A DNA stretch of 64,000 nt from Planctomycetaceae bacterium (GCA_046349735.1 JAXMBU010000026.1:14746-78745), one strand, 5' to 3'. Positions 30,231 through 39,917 are shown, numbered from the stretch's first letter. Numbers and translations are program-made. Notes: generated by a model from the sequence alone, not told the origin.

Positions 30231-31241
30231 ATGAGAATTCGTTGGCGTGGTCTGGAATTGCCGAGTCGGGTTGCGGTTGATCGCGAGACCCGTACCGGCT
30301 ACTACGGAAAGTTCGTTGCTGAGCCATTTGAGCGTGGCTTCGGGTCGACGGTTGGTACGAGCCTGCGTAGAATTTTGCTGTCAAGCCTCGAGGGTTCTGC
30401 GGTTACGCGTGCAAAGATTCAGGGTGTTCAGCACGAGTTTACAACGATCCCGGGTGTCGTGGAAGACGTGACCGACATCTGTTTGAATTTGAAGTCGCTT
30501 GTTGTGAAGAACCATAGCGCCTCTAGCAAGACGCTTCGGATAGAGAAGCATACTCGCGGGGTGGTTACTGGCGCTGACGTCATTTGTGACGATCAGGTTG
30601 AAGTCATCAACAAGGATTTGGTCATTGCGACGATGACGGATGATGTTCCGTTTCACGTTGAGATGACGGTTGAGAATGGTCGCGGTTACGTTCCGGCTTC
30701 AGAACAATATCAGCATGAGCCTGAAGTTGGGATTATCCCGCTGGATGCTGCGTTCTCTCCGGTGTCGCGTGTTCGTCACCTGATTGAGGAAACCCGAGTT
30801 GGTCAGCGAACCAACTACGATAAGTTGAACCTGGAGATTTGGACGAACGGTACAATTACGCCTGACATGGCTTTGGTTGAGGCTGCCAAGATTCTTCGCA
30901 AGCATCTCAACTGTTTCATTACGTTCCGCGAGCCGGGTCCTGAAGCTGGTCCCGAAGGTGGCCTGCGGGGCATGATGGAAGCGACTGGCTACTCCCCGGT
31001 TGACATGGAGCTGGAAGAAAAGCTCAACAAGAGCCTTGCTGAACTGAACCTGTCAGTTCGGGCGACAAATTGCCTCGAATCGGTCGGAATTAATACTGTT
31101 CGGGATCTTGTCGTTCGTACAGAGGATGAGCTTCTGCAAGTGCGAAATTTCGGCGAGACGACTCTCGAGGAGGTGCGAGAGCGGTTGGGTGGTATTGACC
31201 TGCGTTTGGGTATGCGGTTGCCGAATCAGCAGTTGAAATAG
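30231..31241 (+). CDS. rpoA: DNA-directed RNA polymerase subunit alpha
   Basis: ATG 30231 preceded by GGGGG. Has the N-terminal assembly domain and the C-terminal [13 protein letters not shown] helix-hairpin-helix. Follows rpsK directly, so no rpsD lies between. Confidence 0.97.
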   Translation: MRIRWRGLELPSRVAVDRETRTGYYGKFVAEPFERGFGSTVGTSLRRILLSSLEGSAVTRAKIQGVQHEFTTIPGVVEDVTDICLNLKSLVVKNHSASSKTLRIEKHTRGVVTGADVICDDQVEVINKDLVIATMTDDVPFHVEMTVENGRGYVPASEQYQHEPEVGIIPLDAAFSPVSRVRHLIEETRVGQRTNYDKLNLEIWTNGTITPDMALVEAAKILRKHLNCFITFREPGPEAGPEGGLRGMMEATGYSPVDMELEEKLNKSLAELNLSVRATNCLESVGINTVRDLVVRTEDELLQVRNFGETTLEEVRERLGGIDLRLGMRLPNQQLK

Positions 31242-31316
31242 ATCGTGTATTTGTTGGTTCGGGGCGTCTCGGACAGCGTTTTGGTTCACAGTGCTATTTT
31301 TGGGTGAGTGTCTGAT

Positions 31317-31892
31317 ATGAGACACCTTGTTTCTGGTCGTAAGCTTGGTCGTAATGCGTCACATCGCAAGGCGATGTTTCGTAATATGGCTGTGAGTCTG
31401 ATTAAGACGGTGCGGATTCAGGAAGGCGAACTGGGTCAGCCTAAGGTGGCCGGTCGAATTGTAACGACGGTTCCAAAGGCCAAAGAGCTGCGGCCGATGA
31501 TCGAGAAGCTGATCACACTGGCTCGAAAAGCGCGTAAGATCACTTTGGATGCTGCCCAGTATCAGACTGATGCTGAGCGGGGAACAGATGCCTGGAAAGC
31601 TTGGCGTGACTCGGAGAAGGGCAAGAACTTTGTGAAAGCGACCGCGCCTGCATTGACAATGCGGCGACGTGCTTTCGCTGACCTTCGTGATGACTCTGCC
31701 GTTGAGATCCTGTTTGAAGACCTTGCAGCTCGGTTTCAGGACCGTACTGGTGGGTACACTCGCGTGGTGCGATTGGCGCGGGTGCGTCTTGGCGACGCCG
31801 GGGAGCAGGCTTTGATCGAATTCGTTGGGACAAACGATCGAGTGAAGTCCCGTAAACGCAAAGCTCCGGTTGTCGAAGCCGCTGCCGGCTGA
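31317..31892 (+). CDS. rplQ: 50S ribosomal protein L17 (bL17), expanded (191 aa)
   Basis: Starts [25 protein letters not shown] at ATG 31317. GGYTRVVRL lies near the C-terminus. Two insertions relative to the ~125-aa form. Confidence 0.95.
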   Translation: MRHLVSGRKLGRNASHRKAMFRNMAVSLIKTVRIQEGELGQPKVAGRIVTTVPKAKELRPMIEKLITLARKARKITLDAAQYQTDAERGTDAWKAWRDSEKGKNFVKATAPALTMRRRAFADLRDDSAVEILFEDLAARFQDRTGGYTRVVRLARVRLGDAGEQALIEFVGTNDRVKSRKRKAPVVEAAAG

Positions 31893-31918
31893 TCTCCAGT
31901 GCAATTTGGTTGACAATG

Positions 31919-31946
31919 AACCCTCGCTGTGCGGCGAGGGTTTTTT
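31919..31946 (+). terminator. Rho-independent terminator closing the ribosomal cluster
   Basis: CCCTCGC (31921-31927) pairs with GCGAGGG (31934-31940), with a 6-nt loop. TTTTTT follows (31941-31946). Confidence 0.8.
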
Positions 31947-32075
31947 ATTGGTTGATTGTTGATATTGCCCTGTCAATGGTTCGGTCGTAACCTGCCTCGT
32001 AGGTGGTTCGCAGCGGGTTACATGGGCTGCTGGCGACGCGGCCGTTTGCTCGCTGGCGTGTATCTGTCCCGTGCA

Positions 32076-32693
32076 ATGATTGCATGCCTTGACATCCGAA
32101 GGATCGGACTAGTGGCGCGGTATTTCGATTTTTGTCGGGCTATGACGTCGTTGTGTGAGGATATCTGCGATCGGCATCCAGAATTCTCCCACGTAAAGAT
32201 GTCTCAGGTTCCCGTGACATTCGCGCAAGCTCGTTCACCAGTTGAGTGGGGCGTACAGGCACGTTTGACGCCGCTCCGGTTCGAAGGTGGTTCTCCGGTT
32301 GAGCGGCGCAAGGGACGACTATGGACAGTTCAGCGAGTCTACCACAAGGGCACCGAAGCGCTATACATACTGACTTTTCTGCTGCCTCGCTTCCTGAATC
32401 TTTCGTTTGACGAAAAGTTGATCACCGTTTTTCACGAGCTTTACCATATAAGCCCTGAATTTAACGGTGACATCCGTCGGTTTGGTGGCTCCTGCTACAT
32501 TCATACGGGAAGCCAGAAGAGTTACGATCGGCAGATGGCGGTGTACTCGAAAGAGTATTTGCAGATGGGGGTCCCCGAGGAGCTGATCAGATTCCTGCGA
32601 TTTGATTTCGGGACGCTTCAGAGGCAATGTGGTGACGTTGTCGGATTGCGAATCTCGATCCCGCGTTTGATTCCCCTGGACAAAGTTGCGTGA
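32076..32693 (+). CDS. Hypothetical protein with an HExxH motif (putative zinc metallopeptidase)
   Basis: FHELYHISPEFNGD contains H-E-x-x-H. The ORF opens at 31956 (TTG), immediately after the rplQ terminator. ATG 32076 or 32142 is the more plausible start. Confidence 0.5.
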   Translation: MIACLDIRRIGLVARYFDFCRAMTSLCEDICDRHPEFSHVKMSQVPVTFAQARSPVEWGVQARLTPLRFEGGSPVERRKGRLWTVQRVYHKGTEALYILTFLLPRFLNLSFDEKLITVFHELYHISPEFNGDIRRFGGSCYIHTGSQKSYDRQMAVYSKEYLQMGVPEELIRFLRFDFGTLQRQCGDVVGLRISIPRLIPLDKVA

Positions 32694-32753
32694 TGGGGTC
32701 GTGGATCTCCGCGGCTGTGTTTACGAATCCACTCGAGGCAAGGCGGACTGGTT

Positions 32754-33362
32754 ATGGAGATCAACGTATCGTCGGCCCGCGCGTCATCCATCTACCAGCA
32801 CTTGATCCGGGTTATTGCACCCAGGCCGATTGCGTGGGTTTCTACGGCTTCGGCGGCCGGCGTGACGAATCTGGCGCCCTTTAGTTTCTTCACAGGTGTG
32901 GGATCGAGGCCGCCCAGCGTACTGTTCTGCCCGGCGAATCGTCGTGACGGCGGTCCAAAGGATACGCTGAAGAATATCCTCGCGACTCAGGAATTCGTCA
33001 TTAACGTGGTCCCGTATCGATTGGCTGAAGCGATGAATCTGAGCTCAGCCGAGTTGCCGGCGGAAGAGTCCGAGTTTGAGCTGACAGGTCTGCAAAGCTC
33101 CAAGTCGGTGGTTGTAAAGGCTCCGGGAGTGAGTTCGTCACCGATACGGATGGAGTGTCGGCTCCTGCAGCATCTGGCACTCGACGATGGTCCTGGCGGA
33201 GCCAATATCGTCCTGGGCGAAATTGTGCATATGCATCTTGATGACGACGTACTCGATTCCACGGGCTACGCGGATCCGGTGTTGCTGGATTTGATTGGCC
33301 GTCTGGGCGGTGCTTCTTATTGCCGTACGACGGAGCAGTTTGAGCTGCCGCGACCACAGTAG
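32754..33362 (+). CDS. Flavin reductase-like (FMN-binding split-barrel) domain protein
   Basis: 202 aa. IAPRPIAWVSTASAAGVTNLAPFSFF is typical of the flavin reductase / DIM6-NTAB family. Confidence 0.82.
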   Translation: MEINVSSARASSIYQHLIRVIAPRPIAWVSTASAAGVTNLAPFSFFTGVGSRPPSVLFCPANRRDGGPKDTLKNILATQEFVINVVPYRLAEAMNLSSAELPAEESEFELTGLQSSKSVVVKAPGVSSSPIRMECRLLQHLALDDGPGGANIVLGEIVHMHLDDDVLDSTGYADPVLLDLIGRLGGASYCRTTEQFELPRPQ

Positions 33363-33474
33363 CCGCACATCTTCCGATTCAGGCAGGTGCCTAAGACAGA
33401 ACCTGTCCGTGCGTTTCGGAAAATCCCCTGAATAAAGGCCGAACGGATCCGGAATCGACTTGTCCTTTTGCTTA

Positions 33475-33495
33475 TTAGTGTCATTATTACACTAA
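33475..33495 (+). promoter_or_regulatory. Candidate NrtR operator (21-bp palindrome) overlapping a -10-like element of the pncB promoter
   Basis: TTAGTGT-cattatt-ACACTAA is a perfect 7+7 inverted repeat with a central GT-N7-AC. TTGTCC (33460-33465) lies 17 nt upstream of ATTATT (33483-33488). The site ends 25 nt before the pncB ATG. Confidence 0.5.
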
Positions 33496-33520
33496 GTATT
33501 CAGGAAGGGTGAGGCGATTT

Positions 33521-34996
33521 ATGAGCACAGATTGCGATTCGAAGGCGTTGTTGACGGATCTTTACCAACTGACCATGGCCTATGGTTATTGGAAAACCGG
33601 TCGAGCAGAGCAGTCGGCTGTCTTCCACCTGTTCTTCCGGAACAATCCGTTTCAGGGAGGATATGTTGTCGCGGCGGGTCTCGAGACGGTCGTGGAGTTT
33701 TTGCGGTGTTGTCAATTCTCGTCGGATGATCTTGAGTATCTGGCGACGGTCTCCGGCGGAGATGGCAGACCGATTTTTGATGGCGGATTCCTGACGTATC
33801 TGCGGGAACTGACGTTGAGTCTCGACATTGATGCGATCCCGGAAGGCACCATTGTGTTTCCGAACGAGCCGCTGCTGCGAGTTCGCGGACCAATCCTGCA
33901 ATGCCAGCTTCTGGAATCGATCCTGCTCAATATTGTCAACTTTCAGTCATTGATCGCAACGAAAGCATCACGAGTTGTCCTTGCTGCTCAGGGCGACGAT
34001 GTGCTCGAATTCGGACTTCGCCGTGCTCAGGGAATGGATGGCGCCATGGCGGCAAGCCGAGCAGCGTATGTGGGCGGCTGCTCGGCCACGTCCAACGTTC
34101 TGGCGGGCAAGCAATTCGGGATTCCAGTCCGAGGAACTCATGCCCATAGCTGGGTGATGTCGTTCGAATCTGAACGGGATGCCTTTCGAGCATACGCGGA
34201 GTCCATGCCGAACAACTGTGTGTTTCTTGTGGACACTTATGACACACTGGAGGGTGTTCGTCATGCAATTGAGATCGGAGAGTATCTGAAGAATCGCGGG
34301 CACAGGCTGGCGGGAATACGTCTGGATTCCGGAGATCTGGCGGCACTGAGTGTTGCGGCAAGGCAAATGCTTGATCAGGCTGGGTTCGGCGATGCGAAGA
34401 TTGTGGCCAGCAATGATCTGGACGAGAGGCTCATTCAAAGTCTGAAGCTGCAGGGTGCGAAGATCAATGTCTGGGGCGTCGGCACTAAGCTCGTTACGGC
34501 CTATGATCAGCCTGCTTTGGGTGGCGTTTACAAACTGGGGGCGATTGCTTCTGACAACGGCCAGTGGTGTCCGACGCTCAAGATTTCAGAACAGCTGGTG
34601 AAGACGTCAACACCTGGGATTCAGCAGGTCCGACGGTACTTTGGGGCCGACGGGCTGACGACGACCGACATGATTTACAACGAGATGCTGCCGCTCAAGA
34701 GTCCGGTTCAACTGGTGGATCCGCACGATCCATCCCAACGACGGACAATGTCACCAGAGACATCTTTTGAAGATCTGCTTCAGCCGTTGTTCAAAGGCGG
34801 AAAACAAGTGTCACAGTTGCCATCGATCCACGATGTGAGGGAACGAACGCTTCAGCAACTCAAAAGATTTCCGCCCAGTGTTTTGCGATTCGACAATCCT
34901 CAGAAGTTTCCTGTGGGGCTTGAGCAGCAGTTGTTCGAGCTGAAGTCGCGAATGGTTTTGGAAGCGCGACGAGCGTCTGACGGAGAGCGATTGTGA
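33521..34996 (+). CDS. pncB: Nicotinate phosphoribosyltransferase
   Basis: [15 protein letters not shown] at the N-terminus and the GTHAHSWVM motif. ATG 33521 is preceded by GGAAGGGTGAGG. Confidence 0.93.
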   Translation: MSTDCDSKALLTDLYQLTMAYGYWKTGRAEQSAVFHLFFRNNPFQGGYVVAAGLETVVEFLRCCQFSSDDLEYLATVSGGDGRPIFDGGFLTYLRELTLSLDIDAIPEGTIVFPNEPLLRVRGPILQCQLLESILLNIVNFQSLIATKASRVVLAAQGDDVLEFGLRRAQGMDGAMAASRAAYVGGCSATSNVLAGKQFGIPVRGTHAHSWVMSFESERDAFRAYAESMPNNCVFLVDTYDTLEGVRHAIEIGEYLKNRGHRLAGIRLDSGDLAALSVAARQMLDQAGFGDAKIVASNDLDERLIQSLKLQGAKINVWGVGTKLVTAYDQPALGGVYKLGAIASDNGQWCPTLKISEQLVKTSTPGIQQVRRYFGADGLTTTDMIYNEMLPLKSPVQLVDPHDPSQRRTMSPETSFEDLLQPLFKGGKQVSQLPSIHDVRERTLQQLKRFPPSVLRFDNPQKFPVGLEQQLFELKSRMVLEARRASDGERL

Positions 34997-35682
34997 GTTT
35001 CTCGTATCAATTTGCACGAGCGGCGGTCACTGTCGACTGTGTTGTTTTTGGCCTCGATGATGAAGATTTGAAAGTCCTGCTGATTCGTCGCGACCTGCCA
35101 CCATTTGAAGACAAGTGGGCGCTGCCGGGAGGATTCGTACGACTTGATGAAACTCTGGACGAAGCGGCACGACGAGAACTTCAGGAGGAGACAAGCCTTG
35201 AGCGAGTCTTTCTCGAACAGCTTTATTCCTTTGGTGCCATTGATCGGGATCCGCGTGAGCGAGTCATTACGGTGGCCTACTATGCTCTGGTAAGGTTGTC
35301 CGATCACCGGGTTCAGGCTGCGACGGATGCTCGCGATGCGGTGTGGTTCGCGATGGATGATCTGCCCCCGCTGGCGTTTGATCACGATCAGATCCTTGAG
35401 ACGGCTCATCAGCGTTTGCAGGGAAAGGTTCGGTATCAGCCCATTGGATTTGAACTGCTCCCTCCGAAGTTCACGTTAACTCAATTGCAGAAGCTGTACG
35501 AGATTGTGCTGGGCCGAGTGCTGGATAAGCGTAACTTTCGCAAGAAGATTCAGGGAATGGGTATCCTCGAAGAACTGGACGAGGTCGAGAAGGACGTGGC
35601 TCATCGAGCGGCTCGGTTATATCGCTTCGACAAGAAGGAATACGGCCGCATGGTGAAGCAGGGATTTCATTTTGAGATCTGA
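34993..35682 (+). CDS. nrtR: NrtR-family Nudix-related transcriptional regulator
   Basis: Nudix box [24 protein letters not shown] (last Gly replaced by Ser). A C-terminal winged-helix-like domain follows ([25 protein letters not shown]). GTG 34993 overlaps the pncB stop. Confidence 0.8.
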   Translation: MSFSYQFARAAVTVDCVVFGLDDEDLKVLLIRRDLPPFEDKWALPGGFVRLDETLDEAARRELQEETSLERVFLEQLYSFGAIDRDPRERVITVAYYALVRLSDHRVQAATDARDAVWFAMDDLPPLAFDHDQILETAHQRLQGKVRYQPIGFELLPPKFTLTQLQKLYEIVLGRVLDKRNFRKKIQGMGILEELDEVEKDVAHRAARLYRFDKKEYGRMVKQGFHFEI

Positions 35683-35701
35683 CACTCTTGAGAATCAAAC
35701 A

Positions 35702-36343
35702 ATGATCAATCATCCTCAGAATCACCAAACCGCACTGATCGTGGTCGATCTGCAAAACGATTTTGTTGACGGTGGTGCGTTGGCCGTGCCGGGAGGAATC
35801 GAAGTCGTCGGCGTTGCCCATCGGCTGATTTCGGCCTTCAGACTGGTGATTGCGACGCAGGACTGGCATCCGGCCGATCATCTGAGTTTCGCCAGTCAGC
35901 ACCCCGGATTGCCTGTTGGGACCGTATTCGATTTAGACGGACTTCCTCAGGTTGCGTGGCCGGATCATTGTGTTCAGGGGACAAACGGAGCGGAGTTTGT
36001 CGGATCATTAAATCGCGATGGCGTCCACCACGTGGTTCGAAAGGGAACTGACCGGGGCATCGACAGTTACAGCGGCTTTTTTGACAACGGACATCGCCGA
36101 TCCACAGGACTCAGCGAGTATCTGCGTGAGCGGAAGATTCAGCAGGTGGCGATTATGGGGCTGGCGACGGACTACTGTGTTCGCTTCACAGCTCTGGATG
36201 CCATGGCTCAGGGCTTCCGCACGTTACTGATCGAAGACGGCTGCCGCGGTGTGGAGTTGCAGTCCGGCGATATCGCTCGGGCGATGACAGAGATGAAATG
36301 CGTTGGGGTGGAGTTGGTTCACAGTGAGGAAGTTCTGGCTTAA
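35702..36343 (+). CDS. pncA: Nicotinamidase / pyrazinamidase (isochorismatase fold)
   Basis: TALIVVDLQNDFVDGGALAVPGG at the N-terminus and the catalytic Cys context GLATDYCV. ATG 35702. Confidence 0.9.
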   Translation: MINHPQNHQTALIVVDLQNDFVDGGALAVPGGIEVVGVAHRLISAFRLVIATQDWHPADHLSFASQHPGLPVGTVFDLDGLPQVAWPDHCVQGTNGAEFVGSLNRDGVHHVVRKGTDRGIDSYSGFFDNGHRRSTGLSEYLRERKIQQVAIMGLATDYCVRFTALDAMAQGFRTLLIEDGCRGVELQSGDIARAMTEMKCVGVELVHSEEVLA

Positions 36344-36391
36344 TCGGCCGCTCACACGTGTGATTGCGATCGGGAATTGAGGAAAACCAGG

Positions 36392-36964
36392 ATGACAATT
36401 GATGAAAAATCAGTCCGTCGAATCAGCAAGTTTTTGAGTCTGGTTCTGCGACATCAGCCCGACAAGATCGGAATTCAACTCGACGCCGCCGGATGGGTTG
36501 AAGTCGAAGTGCTGCTGGAAGCTTTGCGAAAAAGTGGTCAGAAGATTTCGCGTGACCTGCTGGAGCACGTTGTCGGAACAAACGACAAGCAACGTTTTAC
36601 GATTGATGAAGCTGGTCAGCGCATCCGCGCGACCCAGGGGCATTCGGTTGAAGTGGAGCTCGGCTACGAACCGGCTGATCCGCCAGCCATTCTGATCCAC
36701 GGTACGCCCGAAACGGCATTGTCCGCGATTCGTGAAAGTGGACTTCAGAAAATGAAGCGTCATCACGTGCATCTGCATTGTGACAGTAGTACCGCCTCCG
36801 CCGTCGGCGCTCGACGAGGCACTCCAGTGCTGTTGAAGGTCAAAGCTCAGGAGATGGCAAACGAGGGCTTTGTGTTTTACGTCACAGCCAATCAGGTCTG
36901 GCTAACCGACCATGTGCCGCCGAGGTTCATTGAATTTCCTGACGACTCAAGCGTAAGCGGCTGA
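36392..36964 (+). CDS. kptA: RNA 2'-phosphotransferase, Tpt1/KptA family
   Basis: Contains ISKFLSLVLRHQPDKIGIQLDAAGWV, IRATQGHS, LIHGT and RHHVHL. ATG 36392 is preceded by GAGGAA. Confidence 0.88.
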   Translation: MTIDEKSVRRISKFLSLVLRHQPDKIGIQLDAAGWVEVEVLLEALRKSGQKISRDLLEHVVGTNDKQRFTIDEAGQRIRATQGHSVEVELGYEPADPPAILIHGTPETALSAIRESGLQKMKRHHVHLHCDSSTASAVGARRGTPVLLKVKAQEMANEGFVFYVTANQVWLTDHVPPRFIEFPDDSSVSG

Positions 36965-37017
36965 TCAGGGATCAGCGGTTGAAAAACATTGTTGTTGTGT
37001 TTCGGTCAGGCGTTCAA

Positions 37018-37515
37018 TTATGTGAGCAGCCGGTCGTCAGATCCCGTGTGAAACTGTTCTCGCGCCGCCTGAAAAGCCAGCAACTCCCGGCTGGAACGCA
37101 GGTCGCTGAGAACTCGCGGCAGGTAAAGCGTTTGCGTGATCAGAGGTTCGTCGGGCATAAAGCCGGGCAGGGCCTCTGCGTATTGAGAGAGATCCTGAGG
37201 CGAGATCGCCCAGCCCTCGACGGTCGCCCAGCCGAACACAATGGTGACGTTTCGTCCTTCGCGATGCACATGCAGCCAGCGTGTGTATTCGTCCGAGAAA
37301 TCGAAAGGCAGGAACAATGTCTGCCCGTCGCCAAGGGCCGTCAGCAGGCGAATCCATTCGGTCACAAGCTGCATTGTCCCAGTGGCCGGACGAAATTCGT
37401 GGTTTTCGCTGTTCGGCTGCAGGCCAAGATAATAGCTTTCCCCCGCGCGGGATTCGGAACCGACCTGAACGGTAATCTGATTGTCGGCATTTAAACTGAC
37501 TGTTACGTTCCGCAT
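37018..37515 (-). CDS. Hypothetical protein (165 aa)
   Basis: Start taken at MRNVTVSLNADNQ (37515) so that it does not overlap the divergent dehydrogenase gene. The ORF opens at 37629. No family recognised. The overlapping plus-strand ORF is Arg-rich and judged spurious. Confidence 0.5.
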   Translation of the reverse strand: MRNVTVSLNADNQITVQVGSESRAGESYYLGLQPNSENHEFRPATGTMQLVTEWIRLLTALGDGQTLFLPFDFSDEYTRWLHVHREGRNVTIVFGWATVEGWAISPQDLSQYAEALPGFMPDEPLITQTLYLPRVLSDLRSSRELLAFQAAREQFHTGSDDRLLT

Positions 37516-37609
37516 TGAAATGTCCGATTTGTTCCGAAACGCGCTGTTCGCAGTCGCCTTCGGCTTGCCGTTAAACGAAGAATAAACAAGAACTGACCAG
37601 GGAACCCAT

Positions 37610-38590
37610 ATGGTACGCGTTTTGTGCACGGCGTTGAATGGAGAGAGCGGCCCCCACTTTCAGATGTTGGCAGATGCTGGCCACGAATGTCACGTTCCGG
37701 ACCGATCGCGTGATCTTTGGAACAATGAAGTCCTGATCGACACGCTCAAGGGTTACGACGCTGTCATCGCTGGTTCTGAACCGTATCCTCCCAATGTGAT
37801 CGCCGCAATTCCTCATGTGCGAGTTCTCGCGAGAGCCGGCGTCGGTTTCGATGCCATTAATCTCAAGGCCTGTGACGAAGCCGGCATTGTGGTCGCGACG
37901 ACACCCGGTTGTAACCATCATTCCGTGGCTGAGCATGCGATTGCCATGCTGATGGCACTGGGACGAGGATTTCCGGCATTGGATCAGGAAGTGCGACGCG
38001 GTGAATGGAAGCGAATTCCTTATCCGCGAATCTCGGAGTGCACCGTTGGTCTCGTTGGTCTCGGCCGCATTGGTCAGGCCACCGCAACTCGAGCGATCGG
38101 GCTGGGAATGAAAGTCCTCAGTTATGATCCTTACGCGCCGGCTGACTTTGTGAAGAAGCATGGGATCACCATGGTGTCGCTGGAAGATCTGTTCCGGCAG
38201 TCGGATTTCATTTCGCTGCATTCTCCGGCGACTCCGGAGACGAAGCACATGATTAACGAGAAGTCGATTGCTCTGATGAAGCCATCGGTCGTGATCATCA
38301 ATACCGCTCGCGGTCCGCTGATTGATGAGCCGGCACTCATTAAGGCGCTGCAGACGGGACGAGTCCGCGCGGCCGGTTTGGATGTGTTTGAAACAGAACC
38401 ACTGCCGTTAACCAGTCCGTTGATTGGCATGTCTAATGTGTTGCTGGCCGGACACGTGGCCGGGCTCGACAACGAGTCACACGACGCGACCTGGGCGCTG
38501 GGTGCAGAAATTATTCTGAAGCTGCATCGCGGTGAATGGCCGGCCGACTGTATTCAGAATCTGAAGGGTACCACAGGCTGGAAGTGGTAG
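37610..38590 (+). CDS. D-isomer-specific 2-hydroxyacid dehydrogenase (PGDH/GyaR-like)
   Basis: 326 aa. NAD-binding site GLVGLGRIGQATA. Catalytic region INTARGPLIDE ... GLDVFETEP ... LAGHVAG. Confidence 0.9.
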   Translation: MVRVLCTALNGESGPHFQMLADAGHECHVPDRSRDLWNNEVLIDTLKGYDAVIAGSEPYPPNVIAAIPHVRVLARAGVGFDAINLKACDEAGIVVATTPGCNHHSVAEHAIAMLMALGRGFPALDQEVRRGEWKRIPYPRISECTVGLVGLGRIGQATATRAIGLGMKVLSYDPYAPADFVKKHGITMVSLEDLFRQSDFISLHSPATPETKHMINEKSIALMKPSVVIINTARGPLIDEPALIKALQTGRVRAAGLDVFETEPLPLTSPLIGMSNVLLAGHVAGLDNESHDATWALGAEIILKLHRGEWPADCIQNLKGTTGWKW

Positions 38591-38623
38591 GCACTGCGTT
38601 GAGCAGAGAGCCGTGATGCAGAC

Positions 38624-39796
38624 CTAAGCTGCGGCCCTGCGGCGGGCGAATTTGTTTCGGATGTCCAGGACGGCGTCGATCACATCGGCGACGTCCTGAT
38701 CCGACATCGAAGGTGACAGCGGCAGGCTGAGCATATTCTGAAAAGCCGCGTGCGCCACCGGGAAATCGTCGGGATGGTAGTTGTACTTGACGCGATAGTA
38801 CGAATGCATGTGGATCGGAATAAAGTGCACCGACGTGCCGATGTTTCGAGCCGTCAATTCGTCGATAAACTGGTTGCGGTTGATGGTCAGCTCGGAAGAT
38901 CTCAGCCGTAGCACATACAGATGCCAAGCGTTCGTAACGTGGTCGCGCGTTGTTGGGGTGAGAAATGCGGCGTGGTTTCGGAATGCGGCGTTATATGTCT
39001 GAACGATTTCTTTGCGACGAGCCTGCATGCGATCAAAGCGCCGAAGCTGTTGCAGTCCCAGGGCCGCCTGCAGATCCGTCATGTTATATTTGAAGCCTGG
39101 CTCCACGATGTCGTACGCCCATTTGCCGCCAGCCGAGTAGCGACTCCAGGCTTCGCGATTCATGCCATGCAGGCTGAAGATGCGAGCTCGCTCAAGAAGC
39201 TCGGCGGATCCGGTCAGCATTCCACCTTCGCCGGTGGTTAAGTTCTTCGTGGCATAAAAGCTGAACGCGGTCAGGTTCGAACCAGAGCCGATAGGTTGGC
39301 CATCAAACGCGGCCCCGATGGCGTGAGCGGCGTCTTCAATCAGGTGCAGGCCGTACTCATCGCAGATTGATCGCAGCGCATGAAGTTCAACAGGATGGCC
39401 CGCATAGTGAACGGCGATGACAGCTTTGGTGTTTGGAGTGATGGCCTGCTCAACGGCATCCGGCTGCAGGTTCAGTGTATCGGGTTCCACGTCCACAAGG
39501 ACCGGAGTGGCTCCGACATGTTCAATCACGTTCACTGATGCGGCAAATGTCATAGGCGTTGTGATCACTTCGTCGCCCGGGCCGATGTTGAGCACCTTCA
39601 GAGCAATATGCAGTCCGGCGGTGCAGGAGTTCAGCGTCAGAGCGGCCGGTGATCCGAAGGCCTGACAGAAGTCCTTTTCGAATTGTCGGGTTCGTGGACC
39701 GGACGTTAGCCAGCCTGACTTTAGTGCTTCGACAACTTCGTCAATTTCTTCAGCGCCAATCAGCGGAAGCGAAAAGGAAAGGAATGTGTCACGCAT
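38624..39796 (-). CDS. DegT/DnrJ/EryC1/StrS family PLP-dependent sugar aminotransferase
   Basis: 390 aa. Contains GWLTSGPRTRQFE and the PLP-lysine region FSFYATKNLTTGEGG. Confidence 0.9.
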   Translation of the reverse strand: MRDTFLSFSLPLIGAEEIDEVVEALKSGWLTSGPRTRQFEKDFCQAFGSPAALTLNSCTAGLHIALKVLNIGPGDEVITTPMTFAASVNVIEHVGATPVLVDVEPDTLNLQPDAVEQAITPNTKAVIAVHYAGHPVELHALRSICDEYGLHLIEDAAHAIGAAFDGQPIGSGSNLTAFSFYATKNLTTGEGGMLTGSAELLERARIFSLHGMNREAWSRYSAGGKWAYDIVEPGFKYNMTDLQAALGLQQLRRFDRMQARRKEIVQTYNAAFRNHAAFLTPTTRDHVTNAWHLYVLRLRSSELTINRNQFIDELTARNIGTSVHFIPIHMHSYYRVKYNYHPDDFPVAHAAFQNMLSLPLSPSMSDQDVADVIDAVLDIRNKFARRRAAA

Positions 39797-39917
39797 TGGT
39801 GACCTCCGGTTGTCGCGAATCTGGAAAAACCCTGATCAGAAAGGCTCCGTGTAATTGTTTTGCGGAATTCCCGCCAGAGGAATGCTGGGGAAGTCTCAGG
39901 GCGACATCACGCGTTTT

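Noticed and set aside
36979-37494. A plus-strand 171-aa ORF competing with the minus-strand hypothetical gene 37018-37515.
   Set aside because: The plus-strand translation is very Arg-rich. The minus-strand product has normal composition and a sensible divergent arrangement with the dehydrogenase gene.
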